Assembly: GCF_006345805.1 (NCBI RefSeq)
Contig: NC_043004.1
Location: 71,486,001 to 71,550,000 of the forward strand
Direction of reading: 5' to 3'
DNA length: 64,000 nt
From: Octopus sinensis
Taxonomy: Eukaryota
Position numbers and translations under genes: made by a program. Of this stretch, positions 40,619-53,921 are shown piece by piece (the stretch's first letter is position 1; each line of letters opens with the position of its first letter). Under the pieces are notes generated by a model that did no database searches, was not told the DNA's origin, and was given only the letters and a program-made list of their open reading frames with translations.

Positions 40619-41550
40619 CTGTAATAAATACGATAATTATTATTGCCGTCGTCATTCTTTTCTGCTCTCATTGCAGAATAAGGTTTTGGTCGGATGAAGA
40701 TTTTCTCGTCACTGAAAATATATTACAACTGATGGATTCAACAACGTTCATCATAATTCAATATATTACGGCTGTATTTACAACAATCAGTTCTGTTTAA
40801 TGCGTTTATATATCATCTATGAAATTATTGAGTGTATTATTCCTAGTTTGTTATTTATAACATAAAAAGTAAATATGAAATGTACTTTGAATAAATTAGA
40901 TTTTGTTATTAGCTTCAGTTCAAGTCTAATGAAAAAAGAGGCAAAGAAGGAGTGTCATATGAGACTGAAACGGGAGTTTAGGAAATGTAAATGATGAGAA
41001 TCAAAATGACTGTCAGAAGCAGTTTTGAATATGTGCAGTGGCTGTAGATAAGAGCTGTTCCAACTTGAAGACCCGGAAATTCACTTTAGTAACGAAAGAA
41101 GAGAGCAGAGACTGTGAGGTTGTTGGTTATTAGTTGTGCTAATGTGCACGTGTTTGTAGTATTTTTTTCTCTAAGTTGAAAATATATATCTATAGAAACA
41201 TTGCCATGATGGAAAAGTACTCCAACTGGCACGGGAGCGGAATTGCATCTTAGACGCAAGGCGGAAATATGTAAGGTTAGCGCATTGGAGGAGAGTGTCA
41301 GAGACCTTAAGAACCAGTTCAGAAGTTTCCATTTATCTGACAGGTAACGACTAAGTTTTCCTGATGCACCTGCGTGGACGAGAAGCAAGCATAGCAGTTC
41401 ATCCAAATCGTACCTTCATGAATATTTGTTGCAGCCGCAGATAACGATAGTATAGCATAATAGAGTTCTATATTTCAGAGATGAGGAATTATGCACATTA
41501 TTTACATTATTTACATTTGACAGATATTTGTCCTCATCTTGTTTGTTGTT

Positions 41551-41596
41551 AACATAACGTTTCAGCTGATATACCCTCCAGCTTTCATCAGGTCAC
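41551..41596 (-). ncRNA. Decayed hammerhead with zero-loop palindromic stem III
   Basis: Minus strand gugac CUGAUGA aagcug...cagcu GAAACGUU auguu. Stem I no longer pairs. Confidence 0.45.
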
Positions 41597-41654
41597 TTGG
41601 CGAAATTTCGTGCCCGGGTTCTCATTTCTAAGGTGTTTTTCGATGTTGTTGTTG

Positions 41655-41716
<62 letters not shown>

Positions 41717-41753
41717 ATTATTATTATTATTATATTATTATTATTAATATTAA

Positions 41754-41818
<65 letters not shown>

Positions 41819-41849
41819 TATACTATTATTATATTATTATTATTATTAT

Positions 41850-43852
41850 TTCATTATTCGGTAGTTTTATTTTTATAGCGTTCTTGCACTTCACTACCGA
41901 GCGCAGCTCTGTGTGTCTTGGGTATGTGCTGTGCTTTCTTGTGATGCTCTGATGGTTACTGTATTGAAAGTGTTCTGCGTAGGATGTGTGCAGTGCCTTG
42001 TAGTGCAATTTTCTGTATGTTATATATGTTTGTAAGTCCTGGTGTATTTGTTATGTATTTGTCTGAATATTTTTTTATTATGCCTAATGCACCTACTATG
42101 ATAGGAATTGTGTCTGATTTTAGATTCCACATTCTAGTTACCTCTATTTCCAAGTCTATGTATTCTGAAAGTTTCTCCATTTCTTTTAGAGACACGTTGT
42201 CATCTGCTGGTATTGATACATCAATTAGAAAGCTTTTTTTAGTCATGATCTCTGACAACTATATCTGGCCTGTTGGCCATAATTTCTCTGTTTGTGTATA
42301 TTGTCATATCCCAGAGTATGGTTGCTTTCTCGTTTTCTGTGACCTTTTCTGTTGTGTGCCTATACCATCTTTTTTCTGTTGTTATTCCATAATGTTGGCA
42401 TAGCTTCAAGTGTATGTAGGTCCTAACTCTGTCGTGTCTGTGAATATATTCCTTCTTAGCCAGGACTGGGCAGCCAGAGAAAATATGATTTATTGTTTCT
42501 CGTCCATCTCCACATATTCTGCAGTTTATTGTTATATTTCTTTTCATTATATGTTTTTGGTAATTTCTGGTGGGGAGGCTTTGGTATTGTGCTGCAATTA
42601 ACAATCTCTCTGTCTCTGCTTTGAGTCCTGAGCTTCTCAACCGTTGCTGGGAGTTTTCTTTGTCTATTTCTTTTGCATTCAGTTTAGTCCTGTATTTGCC
42701 TTGAAGGGGCTTTTCTTGCCATCGTTTTATCATGGTTCGTTGCTGTTCTAGTTTTAGTTTGGATTTCATTTGTTTTATAGCTTTTGTTGTTGTTGCTTCT
42801 TCTTCTTCTTCTTCTTCTTCTTCTTCTTCTTCTTCTTCTTCTTCTTCTTCTTCTTCTTCTTCTTCTCTTCTTCTTCTTCTTCTTCTTCTTCTTCTTCTTC
42901 TTCTTCTTCTTCTTCTTCTTCTTCTTCTTCATATTTATTAGGTGGTATGATTTCTTGTTTGTATTTGTCAGCTTCCTTAAATACTGGGAAAAGTTTTTTC
43001 TTTTGCTCGTATTTTGCCGCTATTTGTATCAGTTTTCCTTGCTTCTGAAGTAGGTATTTTTGCAGTCCTATGGTGGTTATTTATATAGTTTCCAGCTTTA
43101 TAAGTCTTCTACCACCTTCCATACGTTGTATATATAGCCTTTCTATGTCAGATTTTGGGTGATGCATCCTAGATCCTGCCATTAATTTTTTGTTTTCCTA
43201 TATATTTTGGTTAGTTCATTTAGCGTCCAGTTAAAGATATTGTAGCTGTAACTTACAACGGGGACGGCTAAAGTGTTAATCTTGTTTTTAGCATTGAGCT
43301 CTGTTTTTAGTATTGATCTAACTCGTCTCTTTTATTCTTTTTTTATTTTCTCTTTCATGGATTCCTAAATATTTGTAAGTTTGGTTTTGGTCTAATTCTC
43401 TTTTTTCATTGGTTTTATCTAGTGAGATATTACCACTCTTAACTAGTTTTCCATTTTTCAGGGTTACTTTGGGGGCATTTTTCTAATCCAAATTTCATAT
43501 CTATTTCTTTGGTAAATCCATGAACTGTCTTTAGTAGTGTTTCCAGCTGTTTGTCATTTGTAGCGTATAGTTTTAGGTCATCCATATATAAAAGCTGGCT
43601 GATCGCATTGCCGTAACATTTATATCCGCATCCAGTTCTATTTAGCATATCCGAAAGAGGTGACAGTGCCAAGCAGAAAAGGAGTGTCTCGCTGGAATAT
43701 TCCTCTTCTAATGGGGATGGCTTTGGTTTTCGCGAGTCCCTTTTTTGTTTGGAGTTGTAGCACTGTCTGCCATTTATTCATAGTGTCCTATGTATTTTAT
43801 AATTGTTGGTGTTACCTTGTTAATGGCTAGTGTTTCGAGGATCCACGTGTGG
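41850..43852 (-). mobile_element. R4/Dong-type non-LTR retrotransposon (family a), 5'-truncated, inserted in (TAA)n
   Basis: RT LLYMDDLKLYA, CCHC knuckle CRICGDGRETINHIFSGC, RHDRV, PDIV, LIDVSIP...KY.DL restriction-like endonuclease. Both flanks are (ATT)n. Confidence 0.88.
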
Positions 43853-43874
43853 ATTATTATTATTATTATTATTA

Positions 43875-43924
<50 letters not shown>

Positions 43925-43964
43925 CATTATTATTGTTGTTGTTGTTATATTATTATTATTATTT

Positions 43965-46900
43965 CATGTTTGACTTTGCTTTACATTTGTACAAGTTGGC
44001 TCCAAGTCTCACCCAGAAACCTCAAGAGACAACAAGTTGGAAGTTCATGTTGGTGTTATACCTAGGGTGCTATATATTTGGCTTTGTACATATTTCTGTT
44101 CTAGAGAATGTTTAAGAAGCCTTAAGAAAATTATGAGTTTGTTTTAAGACCTGAGATTACATAGGAGGAATTTTACGTAGGATATGGACAGTTCCCATTA
44201 GCACTGTATTTTGAATTTCTGCCATTTTGGGGTTTCCTGGTATCTGAGCTAGGTAGCAATCATCCCGTTTTGCTATCATTTCCTGGGCACCTATGAGAAC
44301 AAGTATTGTTTTAGTCTTTAGGTTCCACATTTTGCTGATTTCTGTTTCAAGATCTTAATACTTGCTCATTTTTTGGTAGGTCTTGACAGGTACGTTCATA
44401 TCGATTGGGACAGTCATATCAATGAGGAGGCATGATTTTTGTCTGAAGTATTTCAATATGATGTCTGACCTATTTGCATCTATCTTTCTGTCCGTTCAAT
44501 CGGTGAAGTTCCACATGAGTGAGATATGATCATTTTCAAGCACTGGAGGTGGTTTGTGTTCCCACCAGTTTTTATCACGGGGCAAGTCCAGGCTTCTGAA
44601 AATTACCCAGTGAATATATTGTGCAGCTCCATCATGCCTGTTGAGATACTCTGTAGGCGCTAGAAGACTGCACATGGAGACAACATGATCAATGGTTTCA
44701 TTTTGTTGTTGACATACACGACATGTTGGGCTACTGCTGTTCTTTAATATGTTGGCCTGGTAGTTTCTTGTAGGTAGGCATCGATCTTGAGCTGCTATTA
44801 TAAACCCTTCTGTTTCAGATTTTAAGCCAGAGGCCATTAGCCATTGATGGGTCAGGGCTTTCTCAACATCAGCATTATTCACTCTCTTTGGGTATTTGCC
44901 ACTCAGAGGGTTTTCTTGCCATTTATCAGTCAGAATATCTAAGGCAGCAATTTTAGCACGGGTTTTCATGCGCTCAGCTTTTTCTGCGCTTGTTTCTCGT
45001 ATGTCTAATTCAGGAATTTGTTGTATTTGTTAGATATTCTTTTGCCTGTTTTGTTACTGAGTATGATGCTTTCTTGCCTTCATGTTTTGAGACAAGTTTT
45101 AACATCCAGTCCTCAGAGTTTTTCAGGTAGGTGTTTAGGCCATTTGTAGCAATCTTCATGCCAAGTGTAAAAGTCCACGGCCTCCATCACTTATTGGCAG
45201 ATAAAGTCGTCCTATATCTGCCTTAGGGTGTTGCATTCTATGCATTGTCAAAAGTTTTCGTATTTTTCTGTCAAGATTAAATATTTCAGTAATTGACCAG
45301 TTAATGATATTGAAACTGTAAGTCACGACTGGTATGGCTAAAGCATTGATCGCTTCGATCCTGTTTCTCGCTTTCAGCTCTGTCTTAAAGTATTGCTCTT
45401 AAATATTCTCTCCTGATCCTTTCCCTTATCATTGAATGCCTGACACCGTCCCCTTCAATTACCCCCAGGTATTTGTACCTCTGCATTGGGTCTAACTCTT
45501 TTATGACATTCTACTAGTCCAGATTAACGTTAGATGTTTCTGTCATGTTCCTTTTGATAAAGGTAGCCTTTGCACATTTATCGAGGTGAAATTGCATTCC
45601 GATGTCATCACTGAATTGTTTAACAATCGCTAGTAAGCGCTTGAGTTGTTGGTGAGTTTTTGCAAAGACCTTTAAATCATCCATGTAAATGAAATGATTT
45701 ATATTTTTATCAAACATTTTATAACCGTACTGTGCATCATTGAGCAATTTTGAGAGAGGTATTAAGGCTAAACAAAAGAGGAGTGCTGATAGTAAGTCGC
45801 GCTGGAATAATGTCACATGAAACTTTTACATCTCCAGCATTTAGAGATTCATTGTCACTGTTCAAAGTCAGTGTGGTTCTTCATGATCTCATTCTTACAG
45901 ACAAAAAGTTTCGCAGATTAGGCGCTATTTTATACATTTCCAGGCATTTCTTAATCCAGCTATGCGGTAGGCTATCAAAAGCTTTTTATAGTCTATCCAG
46001 GCTATTGACAAGTTTTTGTGTCGTTTGTGACAATCTTCTAAGATCATCTTATTGATGGGTAACTGATCTTTACAACCACAGGACCCACGTTTACATCCTT
46101 TTTGCTCATTAGGGAATATGTTGCTTTCTATTAAAAACTATAGGTATATACAGTCGCCTACTCTGCGAAACCTTTTGTCTGTAAGAATGAGATCATGGAG
46201 AACCACACTGACTTTGAACAGTGACAATGAATCTCTAAATGTTAGTGTTTTATATATTGTTGTTAAGCAGGTTATGGGTCTATAATTTTTTGGTTCATTT
46301 GTTTCTTCATGTTTTGGAAGCAGAAATGTTTAACCATTAACTAGCCAAGAGGGCATCATACTAGGGTGTTGCAAAACATCGTTGTAAAGTTCTGTTAGCA
46401 GTTCATCGCGGTCTGGGAAGGCATTCAACAAGAAGTTAGGAATTTTATCCTTTCCTGGAGACTTCAATTTGCTTGACCTCCTGAGAGTAGATCTTATATC
46501 TTCTACCTTGACACCCTCCCACTTTTGCTCTTCTAAGGAGTCCAGTTCTGTAGATATTCTATCAATCCAGTGGGCCTTTTCTTTGTGTGTTTTTTCTTCT
46601 GCCCAAATTTTATTCCAAAATCCTTGCACTTCTTCTTTTGATGGTACAGACTTTACAGTAACTGGTGTTTTTCGTATCTTCCTGTAAAAAGTTTTTGGGT
46701 TATTTTTGAACATGTTGTTGTCCTTGAAGAATCTAACACGCTTTTCATACCTCGCTATTCGGGCAGCTTTAGCAGATACCTTTTGCTTGATGGTTTCTAT
46801 GGTGGTATCAATATCAAGTATAGTTTTCATATTATATTGTTTCTTTAATTTTCGGGTTTTTGTAGTTTTGGTAGTCTTGTCAAACTTATGGTTTTTCAAA

Positions 46901-47250
46901 CATTCTATGTCAGACCTAAGTAGCTTAATTTGGTGTTGGATACGCTCTTGCCAAGATGACTTTTTGTGGGAATGTTGCCGTTTTCTAATCTTTTCACCAC
47001 ATAGAATCGTTGAGATTTTCCCGGATGCATAGTACAGGTGGTTGAGATCTGTGATATCAACATCATTAGTTGAAATTATATCCTCTAGTGCAAGGTGGAT
47101 TTCACCAATTATTTTCAGGGTCCTTTTAGAATTGAGGATTTTCGGGAGAGTATCGCGTTCATCCATACTGATTTCTTTAATTTTCAACCAGTCAATCATG
47201 ATTTCAGTTTTTAGATCATGTAGTTCTGTTGGGTCAGTATTTGTCTGACT
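43965..47250 (-). mobile_element. R4/Dong-type non-LTR retrotransposon (family b), about 3.3 kb, decayed, inserted in (TAA)n
   Basis: KSPGKDKI, NYRPITCL, EQKGC...GCKDQL, WIDYKKAFDS, YMDDLK, CRVCQQQNETIDHVVSMC, RHD, PDI, LIDMTVP motifs. (ATT)n flanks. Confidence 0.9.
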
Positions 47251-47252
47251 TA

Positions 47253-47306
<54 letters not shown>

Positions 47307-47990
47307 TATTATTATTATTATTATTATTGTTGTTGTTGTTGTTGTTGTTCAGGTCACTGCCTGAAATCGAACTCAGAATCTTGGAGCTAATAGCCGGCGC
47401 TCTTGACCATTACGCCGTATACCCGTAGGATGTTCACATTTCAAAATGGCTAGCCACTCAGTCCATAAATTTGATATCCGTTTGATTGACCTTGTGCATA
47501 CTCGATTGCTGGCGAGCGAATGTGTCGTTTCTGGTCAACAAAACTAGAAGGACCCTATCAGTAAACATGCTAAGGAGCAACTGATGGGAAAAATTACCAC
47601 TCATACCCTTTAGTGAGCCCTTATGACTAATAATGATAAAATTATTATTAGAATTCTTATAATCATCATTCTTATGTAATCATCATTGTCATTATAATCG
47701 TCAATTAAAATTACTAAAGGATGAATCGTCAACAAGGTTGCAAAAAATACGCCATTCTGTAGTTATTTTTGTTCATTAATATTTTGAGTGTGAATCCCAC
47801 CACAATCTTTTTTGTTATTTATTTTTCCGGGGTCGCTAAAATAATACTCGTTAATTATTGTGATGGATGTATCATAGTTAACTGTGCTCTATTTTCGAAA
47901 TATGTAAATGTTTGCCCACGTGAGAAATCGCAATTATTAGCGTTGAGAAACTATAAATGTGAATAAAGAATAAGGGGTTAATAAATATAC

Positions 47991-48142
47991 TTATAATTGA
48001 ACACGTATTTTCCTGCGAAATTTCCAAACCACCGCGTTGAAATGAGTTTACTCTCCTGGAACCACGATGTGTAATTTGTTCCTTTTCCATCGAAAGTTAA
48101 CGAGTGAATGTCAGTATTATTTTTTCTCAAGACGAGTTTCAC
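47991..48142 (-). CDS. Exon of a minus-strand gene (extracellular-type domain, family unnamed)
   Basis: Acceptor ttcaattttgtatttgcag, donor gtatat. 152 nt, phase 0 to 2. Reads VKLVLRKNNTDIHSLTFDGKGTNYTSWFQESKLISTRWFGNFAGKYVFNY and joins 57747-57838 in frame. Confidence 0.68.
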
Positions 48143-48205
48143 CTGCAAATACAAAATTGAATAAATTGAAGTAGAATTGAGAGAGAAAAAGCGTGTGAAA
48201 GAGAA

Positions 48206-48253
<48 letters not shown>

Positions 48254-48759
48254 CGAGAATGTGAGGAAATGAGAAAGCAGGAGGTCAAGAGGGAGATGGA
48301 GAGGAAAGGGTATGTGGACAGAGAGATTGAAGGATAGGAAGCGAGAGATGGTGATTGGAAGAAAGGAAATGAAGAAAGACAGTTGAGAGAGAGAGAAATG
48401 ATGAAAGTGAAATAGTGAGAGAAAAGCGAAGGGTGAGCTTAAAAAAGATAGGGTTCTGGAGGAAGACGTGCATGGATCATTGTGTACGTTATAGGATATT
48501 GAACAGGACGGCGTAGAAATATCAACTAACCGTTAACTGCGTAAATTCCGTTGCATATATAGGAGAGATGCTTTATCTTAGTTCTATGACCAACCTTTCA
48601 CAGATTAAAGAGAGATTAATATGAAAATAAAATATTGGGTAATTTCACTTGCAATGTCATTGCTTTCTATTTAGCGGAAGATTTAACTCTCCACTTCTCT
48701 AATAACTTGAAAGCAGAGAACCGAGCAGATGTACGGGATATTATAGATATACCTCATGT

Positions 48760-49900
48760 TTGGTCGAAAGACACCTGTTGTTATATCCTGTTATTTGCAT
48801 TTGTATTTGTGTAACATTTCTCGGTTTCTTTTTCGTCCTTGTTTTCGTTTATATGCGCTGCTTTCTTCCAAGGAATCTAATGCTTATAGCTTAGTTTTTC
48901 CGTGGGGCTAACCAGATTGGAGCAATCTCGAGTGTAACCAGTCGAAATTGCAAAGATAATCTAGAAGTCACGTGAGGAAAGAAAACTAAGAATGACCGTC
49001 TTTATTTTCTTTGTATCGTCTGTCTCTATGTTTTGTTGTCCCTTTTTTGTATCACGTAACTGTCTGGATGATTTGCGTTTTTGTCCCATTTTTGTATTTT
49101 TATATATAAAAATATAGCGTCGGACGTACACTTTGTTTTCTTATATGTAAGTATATATATATATATATTATATATAGATATATATATACACACACAACCA
49201 TATATATATATCTATATATATACATAAATTTTGTACGACTCTATTATTCTTTCTAGACTTTCATTCTTTCCTTCTTTCTGTCAGCCCTTTAACGCATACT
49301 TCGTTCATTCCACTCTTCGTTCTTTCGTTCCCACCCTCTCACATTTCCTGACATTCTCTTCATGATCACTTTCCTTCCGCTTTCACTTTACTCTGTCACT
49401 TTCATTTTTTCTCGCCCCGCCTTAATTTTTCTTTCCCTCTGCCTCTACCTCTCTCTCTTCTCTCCCCACATGACCAGTGTTCGGCCAATCCTGACCTTTC
49501 TTTCTAGGTTCGACCACCATCCCTGCAACATCTATATTCATCCCTGTGGCTGTCATCAGCTCTGTCCCTGCCGTAAGGCATTACTTCCACACACACCAGC
49601 TTAATTTAATTCGTACATAGTCGAAAGACACCTGTTGTTATGTCCTGTTATTTGCATAACATTACTCCGTTTTTCCCTCCTTGCTTTCGTATATATTCGC
49701 TGCTTTCTTCCAAGGAATCTAATGCTCTTAGCTTAGTTTTTCCGTGGGGCTGGCGAGATTGGAGCAATCTTGAGTATAACCAGCCGAAATTGCAAAGATA
49801 ATCTAGGAACTCGACTGAGGAAAGGAAGCTCAGAATGACCCGTCCTTGTTTCCTTTGTATCGTCTGTCTCGATGTTTTGCGTTCTTGACCCATTTTTGTT
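48760..49900 (+). repeat. Two diverged copies of an about 300-bp interspersed repeat (48760-49100, 49620-49900), each ending in T-rich sequence and (TA)n
   Basis: Both copies share gtcgaaagacacctgttgttat...gctgctttcttccaaggaatctaatgc...gaaattgcaaagataatctag. Confidence 0.8.
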
Positions 49901-49934
<34 letters not shown>

Positions 49935-49938
<4 letters not shown>

Positions 49939-50245
49939 TTGAAATACCACATTTTATCAATTCAATAATGAAAAATTAAATTATACCATCTAAAAAATTA
50001 TTACATATTATAGAAAGATTAAATATTACTTAATCATCGTTATATGTTTTATCTTTTATTCAATCTTTCTATAATATGTAATTTTCTAGATGGTATAATT
50101 TAATTTTTCATTATTGAATTGATAAAAGGTGTTTTTTTCCTAATTTATATATATATATATTACATTTTGTGAAATTTGATTTAGTATTTCTAAATTGGAA
50201 TTTTCCCTGTAAGTTTGGAATAATATTCCCTGATATAATATATAT
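49935..50245 (+). mobile_element. (TA)n-flanked fold-back element with tail related to 10731-10805
   Basis: 49952-50020 is inverted against 50062-50127 around an about 40-nt loop. The tail shares ttccctgtaa.tttgga...attccct.atat with 10771-10802. No hammerhead found. Confidence 0.75.
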
Positions 50246-50249
50246 ATAT

Positions 50250-51530
50250 TGAAGCACTCAAATTCATCCTGCTGAACAATAATTTCATGTTCGATTCAAT
50301 TTACTATCGACAAAAATGTGGAATTGCAATGGGAACGAGAGCTGCTCCAGTGATTGCAAACCTTGTAATGGGTTACCTAGAACTCAAGTTATACCAATCA
50401 TCGCTAGAAAAATATGGCGCCTCTTTTAATTTCTATTTAAAGGAAAACTGGAAGAGATATTTGGATGATTGCTTCATACTTTGGAAAGACAGTATGGATA
50501 AACTCCTTGATTTCAAGATAATGCTTAACAACATACATAGCAATATAGAATTCACTATGGAACACAACAGTAAACATCTCTCATTTCTAGAATCTTAATA
50601 AAAATAGTTAACAACCACATAGAAACAGATATCTTTTATAAACCCACTGATTCTAAACAATACCTATTATTTAACTCTTGCCACCCCAAACACGTAAAAA
50701 TTAATATACCCTTTAATCTAGCGAAAAGAATATATACCATAGTTTCGGATACATATACTCGTGAACAAAGACTCCTTGAACTTAGATCAACACTAACTAA
50801 AAGACATTACCCAATCTCATTAATAAATGAAGGCATTAAAAGAGCTTAGGAAAAAGATATACAAATGTTAAGGCAAACCAGCCGAAATACTAAACCAGAC
50901 TTTAAAGTACTCCCGTACATTTCCACACATAACCCTAGAAACAACGAAGCCTTCAACATTATCACCCAAAATCTTCCCATCCTCACAGCAGACAAAACAA
51001 TGAACGAAATTTTAAGCTCATACAAAATTATAAAAAGCAAAAAGCAAATGAAGTCACTGAAAAAAAATATTAACCAGCGCAAGACTATATCCACTAACAA
51101 CAGAGCCAAAAGTGAAAAAATGTGGTCGTACTAACTGTGGAACATGCCCCCACCTTTTGGAGGGTTCAGAATGTCACTTCAAACAAGGAGAAATATTTAA
51201 GATCAAATCAAATTTCACCTGCGCCTTAGAAAATCTAATCTATGTCATGACATGCTTAGGATGTGGTAACTGCTATATTGGAAAACAGGAATTTCACTCC
51301 GTCGAAGAACCACCATTCACAAAGAGCAAATCCGCCACCCACAATACAGACAGTTACAGGTTAGTGAACACATAGAAAGGTGTGCCAGGAATCTTAATCC
51401 TAATTTCCAAATCTCCCCCTTCTATCAATGTTCACAGAACACCACAATGCAACAAAGGTTGAATAAAGAAGCATTTTTCATCAATAAATATCTCCCACAA
51501 CTAAATATGAACACACAACTTAATACAGAA
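50250..51530 (+). mobile_element. 5'-truncated Penelope-like element, Neptune type (RT, Cys-rich linker, GIY-YIG), decayed
   Basis: YRQKCGIAMGTRAAP, RYLDDCF, FYKPTDS, then CGRTNCGTC...FTC...NLIYVMTCLGCGNCYIG and QRLNKEAFFINKY.PQLN. Confidence 0.88.
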
Positions 51531-51905
51531 CACCTCTAACCCTTCAATTAAAACCACTAACTCCTATACACTGCCTACACCATTCACATTACAATTCTAT
51601 ATTTAAATCCAGAACTACTTACCTCCCTTACAAATAATCTTTTTTCTCAGGAACTATTAGACCTGACACCGTGTATTAACCGGTGTTTATTCAAAGCAAT
51701 GAATAGCTTTGCCGAAACCATGGTTTCATAATAATTACTTTCATGACTTTTAGTACTACCTTAGTCCATCTAAATGTATATATATGTCGTTATCTTTCAT
51801 AAAAAGCCTTTGCTTTTTTATTTACAATGTGCATTTTCGTTGATTTTTCATATTTTCCCCTTACATTTCCACGTGTATTTTATATTTTCTTTTGTAACAT
51901 ATTTC

Positions 51906-51945
<40 letters not shown>

Positions 51946-52044
51946 TGTATGTAAGTATGTATGTATGTATGTATGTATGTATATATATATATGAAAAAAA
52001 CAAGTAAAAAATAGAAAATGCTAAAATAATTTTATAGTGAACAT

Positions 52045-52086
52045 TTCAGTACCGGTTTCGGTCATTTTGAGACCTTTTCAACTGTA
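52045..52086 (-). ncRNA. Variant hammerhead (U3:A8 core), left-arm copy
   Basis: Reverse complement of 52321-52362. Confidence 0.5.
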
Positions 52087-52320
52087 ACGATTAAATAATT
52101 AAATTTAGAAAAATTAGAAGAAAAGTTTTTTTAAAAGAATATTTCTATAGTAGTGTTCAGATTTAAGTGGCATTCTGCCTTTCTCTGACTCCCTTGTTTG
52201 CACTTGTGCAAACAAGGGAGTCAGAGAAAGGCAGAATGCCACTTAAATCTGAACACACTATAGAAATATTCTTTTAAAAAACTTTTCTTCTAATTTTTCT
52301 AAATTTAATTATTTAATCGT

Positions 52321-52362
52321 TACAGTTGAAAAGGTCTCAAAATGACCGAAACCGGTACTGAA
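52321..52362 (+). ncRNA. Variant hammerhead (U3:A8 core), right-arm copy
   Basis: tacag TTGAAAA ggtc tcaaaat gacc GAAAC CG GTA ctgaa. Stem II is a perfect 4 bp with G10.1-C11.1, and stem I is short. Confidence 0.5.
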
Positions 52363-52445
52363 ATGTTCACTATAAAATTATTTTAGCATTTTTTTTTTTA
52401 CTTGTTTTTTCATATATATCAACTCGTGTGTTCCTTTTCACCCTT

Positions 52446-52496
<51 letters not shown>

Positions 52497-52739
52497 GGGC
52501 TATTCAAGATCCATGTCTGTTTTGGCAAGCTTTCTACAGCTGAATGTCATTATTCCTTTCCTTACGTTAACCACTGAGTCCTGTTACGCAGCATCGGTGC
52601 AGGTACTTTTTACGTTGCACCACCACTTTCGAGCCAGCAACATTACAAATGCTTTCTTGGAGAGGGTTGGAATGGACGGGCCTGTACGCAAGGGCAACCG
52701 AGTTTTTATTTAGCTTGAAGTGTCTTTTCAAGTACAGTA

Positions 52740-53500
52740 AACCACCAGGAGTCTCGGTCCCCATGCCATCCTCTCTGTGACTCCCAACGTTTGTAGATCC
52801 TTTCCCACCACTTCGTCCTACGTCTTCTTGGATCTAGCCCTCTACGATTAGAGCTCGGCACCTCTTGATGCAACACGCCTCATTCATACGCATTACATGG
52901 CTATAGCGATGCAGTCTTCTCTCCTGCGCACTACATTTGTTGCTCTCTATACCTAGTTTCTCTCTCAAAACACAATCTGTTGTATATACATACTAACATT
53001 ACGCATCCTGCGAAGCACATTAGCATCATTTCTTACAGTTCTTCGCATACCCTCAGTAGTACCAGCCCATGACTTACTGCCATATAACATAGCTGTCCGT
53101 ACATTGGCATCGTACAATCTGCCTGAATCTCTGAGGGAGAGCCCCTTTGTGGCTAACAGAGGTAGTAGTTCTTTGAACTTTGCTCAGCTTATTCTTATTC
53201 TAGCAGCTATGATTTCAGAGCAAGCCCACCCACTACTTATTTTGTCACTTGAGTAATGGAAACTGCCTACTCCTTCTAGGGAACATTCCTGGCATACGAG
53301 GGAGTCTATTTTTTGTACATTCCTGATGTTTAATATACTTGTACATCTGTCACATGTAAAGACTACTTGCTCTGTTTGTCGTCCAATGACACAACTGCAC
53401 CTCTTATGCGTCCATAGCTTGCGCAGTGTACGCCTTATGGAGTTTCTCCCGACACCTTTTCTACATATCGGACAGGGCTACCTCCATGAAAGTATCAGCG
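52740..53500 (-). mobile_element. Degraded RTE-clade LINE 3' fragment
   Basis: ARIRI..AKFKELLPLLATKGLSL...GRLYDANVRTAMLYGS.SW...HVMRMNE. Confidence 0.82.
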
Positions 53501-53555
53501 ATTAGTTTGTTATCCTACTTATCAATATGATAATGATGATGGTGATGTTAATAAA

Positions 53556-53830
53556 CTCAGATACCAGGAAACCCAAAAATGGCAGGAATTCAAAAGATAG
53601 TACTCATGGGAACTGCTCATATCCTACGCAAAATACGTTCTAAGTAATCTCAATGTTTAAAACAAACATAATTTTCGTTTTCTTCTTTTTTTTAGATATT
53701 CACTAGTACAACACCCCCAAAAAACCCCCAAATATATGGCACACTAGGCATAACAACAACATGAACTTCCAAACTGTTGTCTCTGGGTGAGACTTGGAGC
53801 CAACTTGTACAAATATAAAGCAAAACTCAA
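53556..53830 (+). mobile_element. Short 3' fragment of R4/Dong family b
   Basis: Matches 56290-56578 (QIPGNPKMA...VLMGTAHILRKI plus 3' UTR) and ends in (TAA)n. Confidence 0.8.
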
Positions 53831-53835
53831 AATAG

Positions 53836-53904
<69 letters not shown>

Positions 53905-53921
53905 TAATAATAATAATAATA

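Larger units (their letters stand above)
51991..52450 (+). mobile_element. (TA)n-flanked near-perfect fold-back (about 210-bp arms, 2-nt loop) with variant hammerheads
   Basis: 51991-52203 is the reverse complement of 52206-52413, centred on gcac-tt-gtgc. Confidence 0.9.

Noticed and set aside
41086-41406. 106-aa minus ORF with hydrophobic start
   Set aside because: No recognisable domain, no donor site and no phase fit with neighbouring exons.
51690-51735. gccGAAAC CATG GTT in the Neptune 3' UTR
   Set aside because: Stem III looks right but the CUGANGA core is missing.
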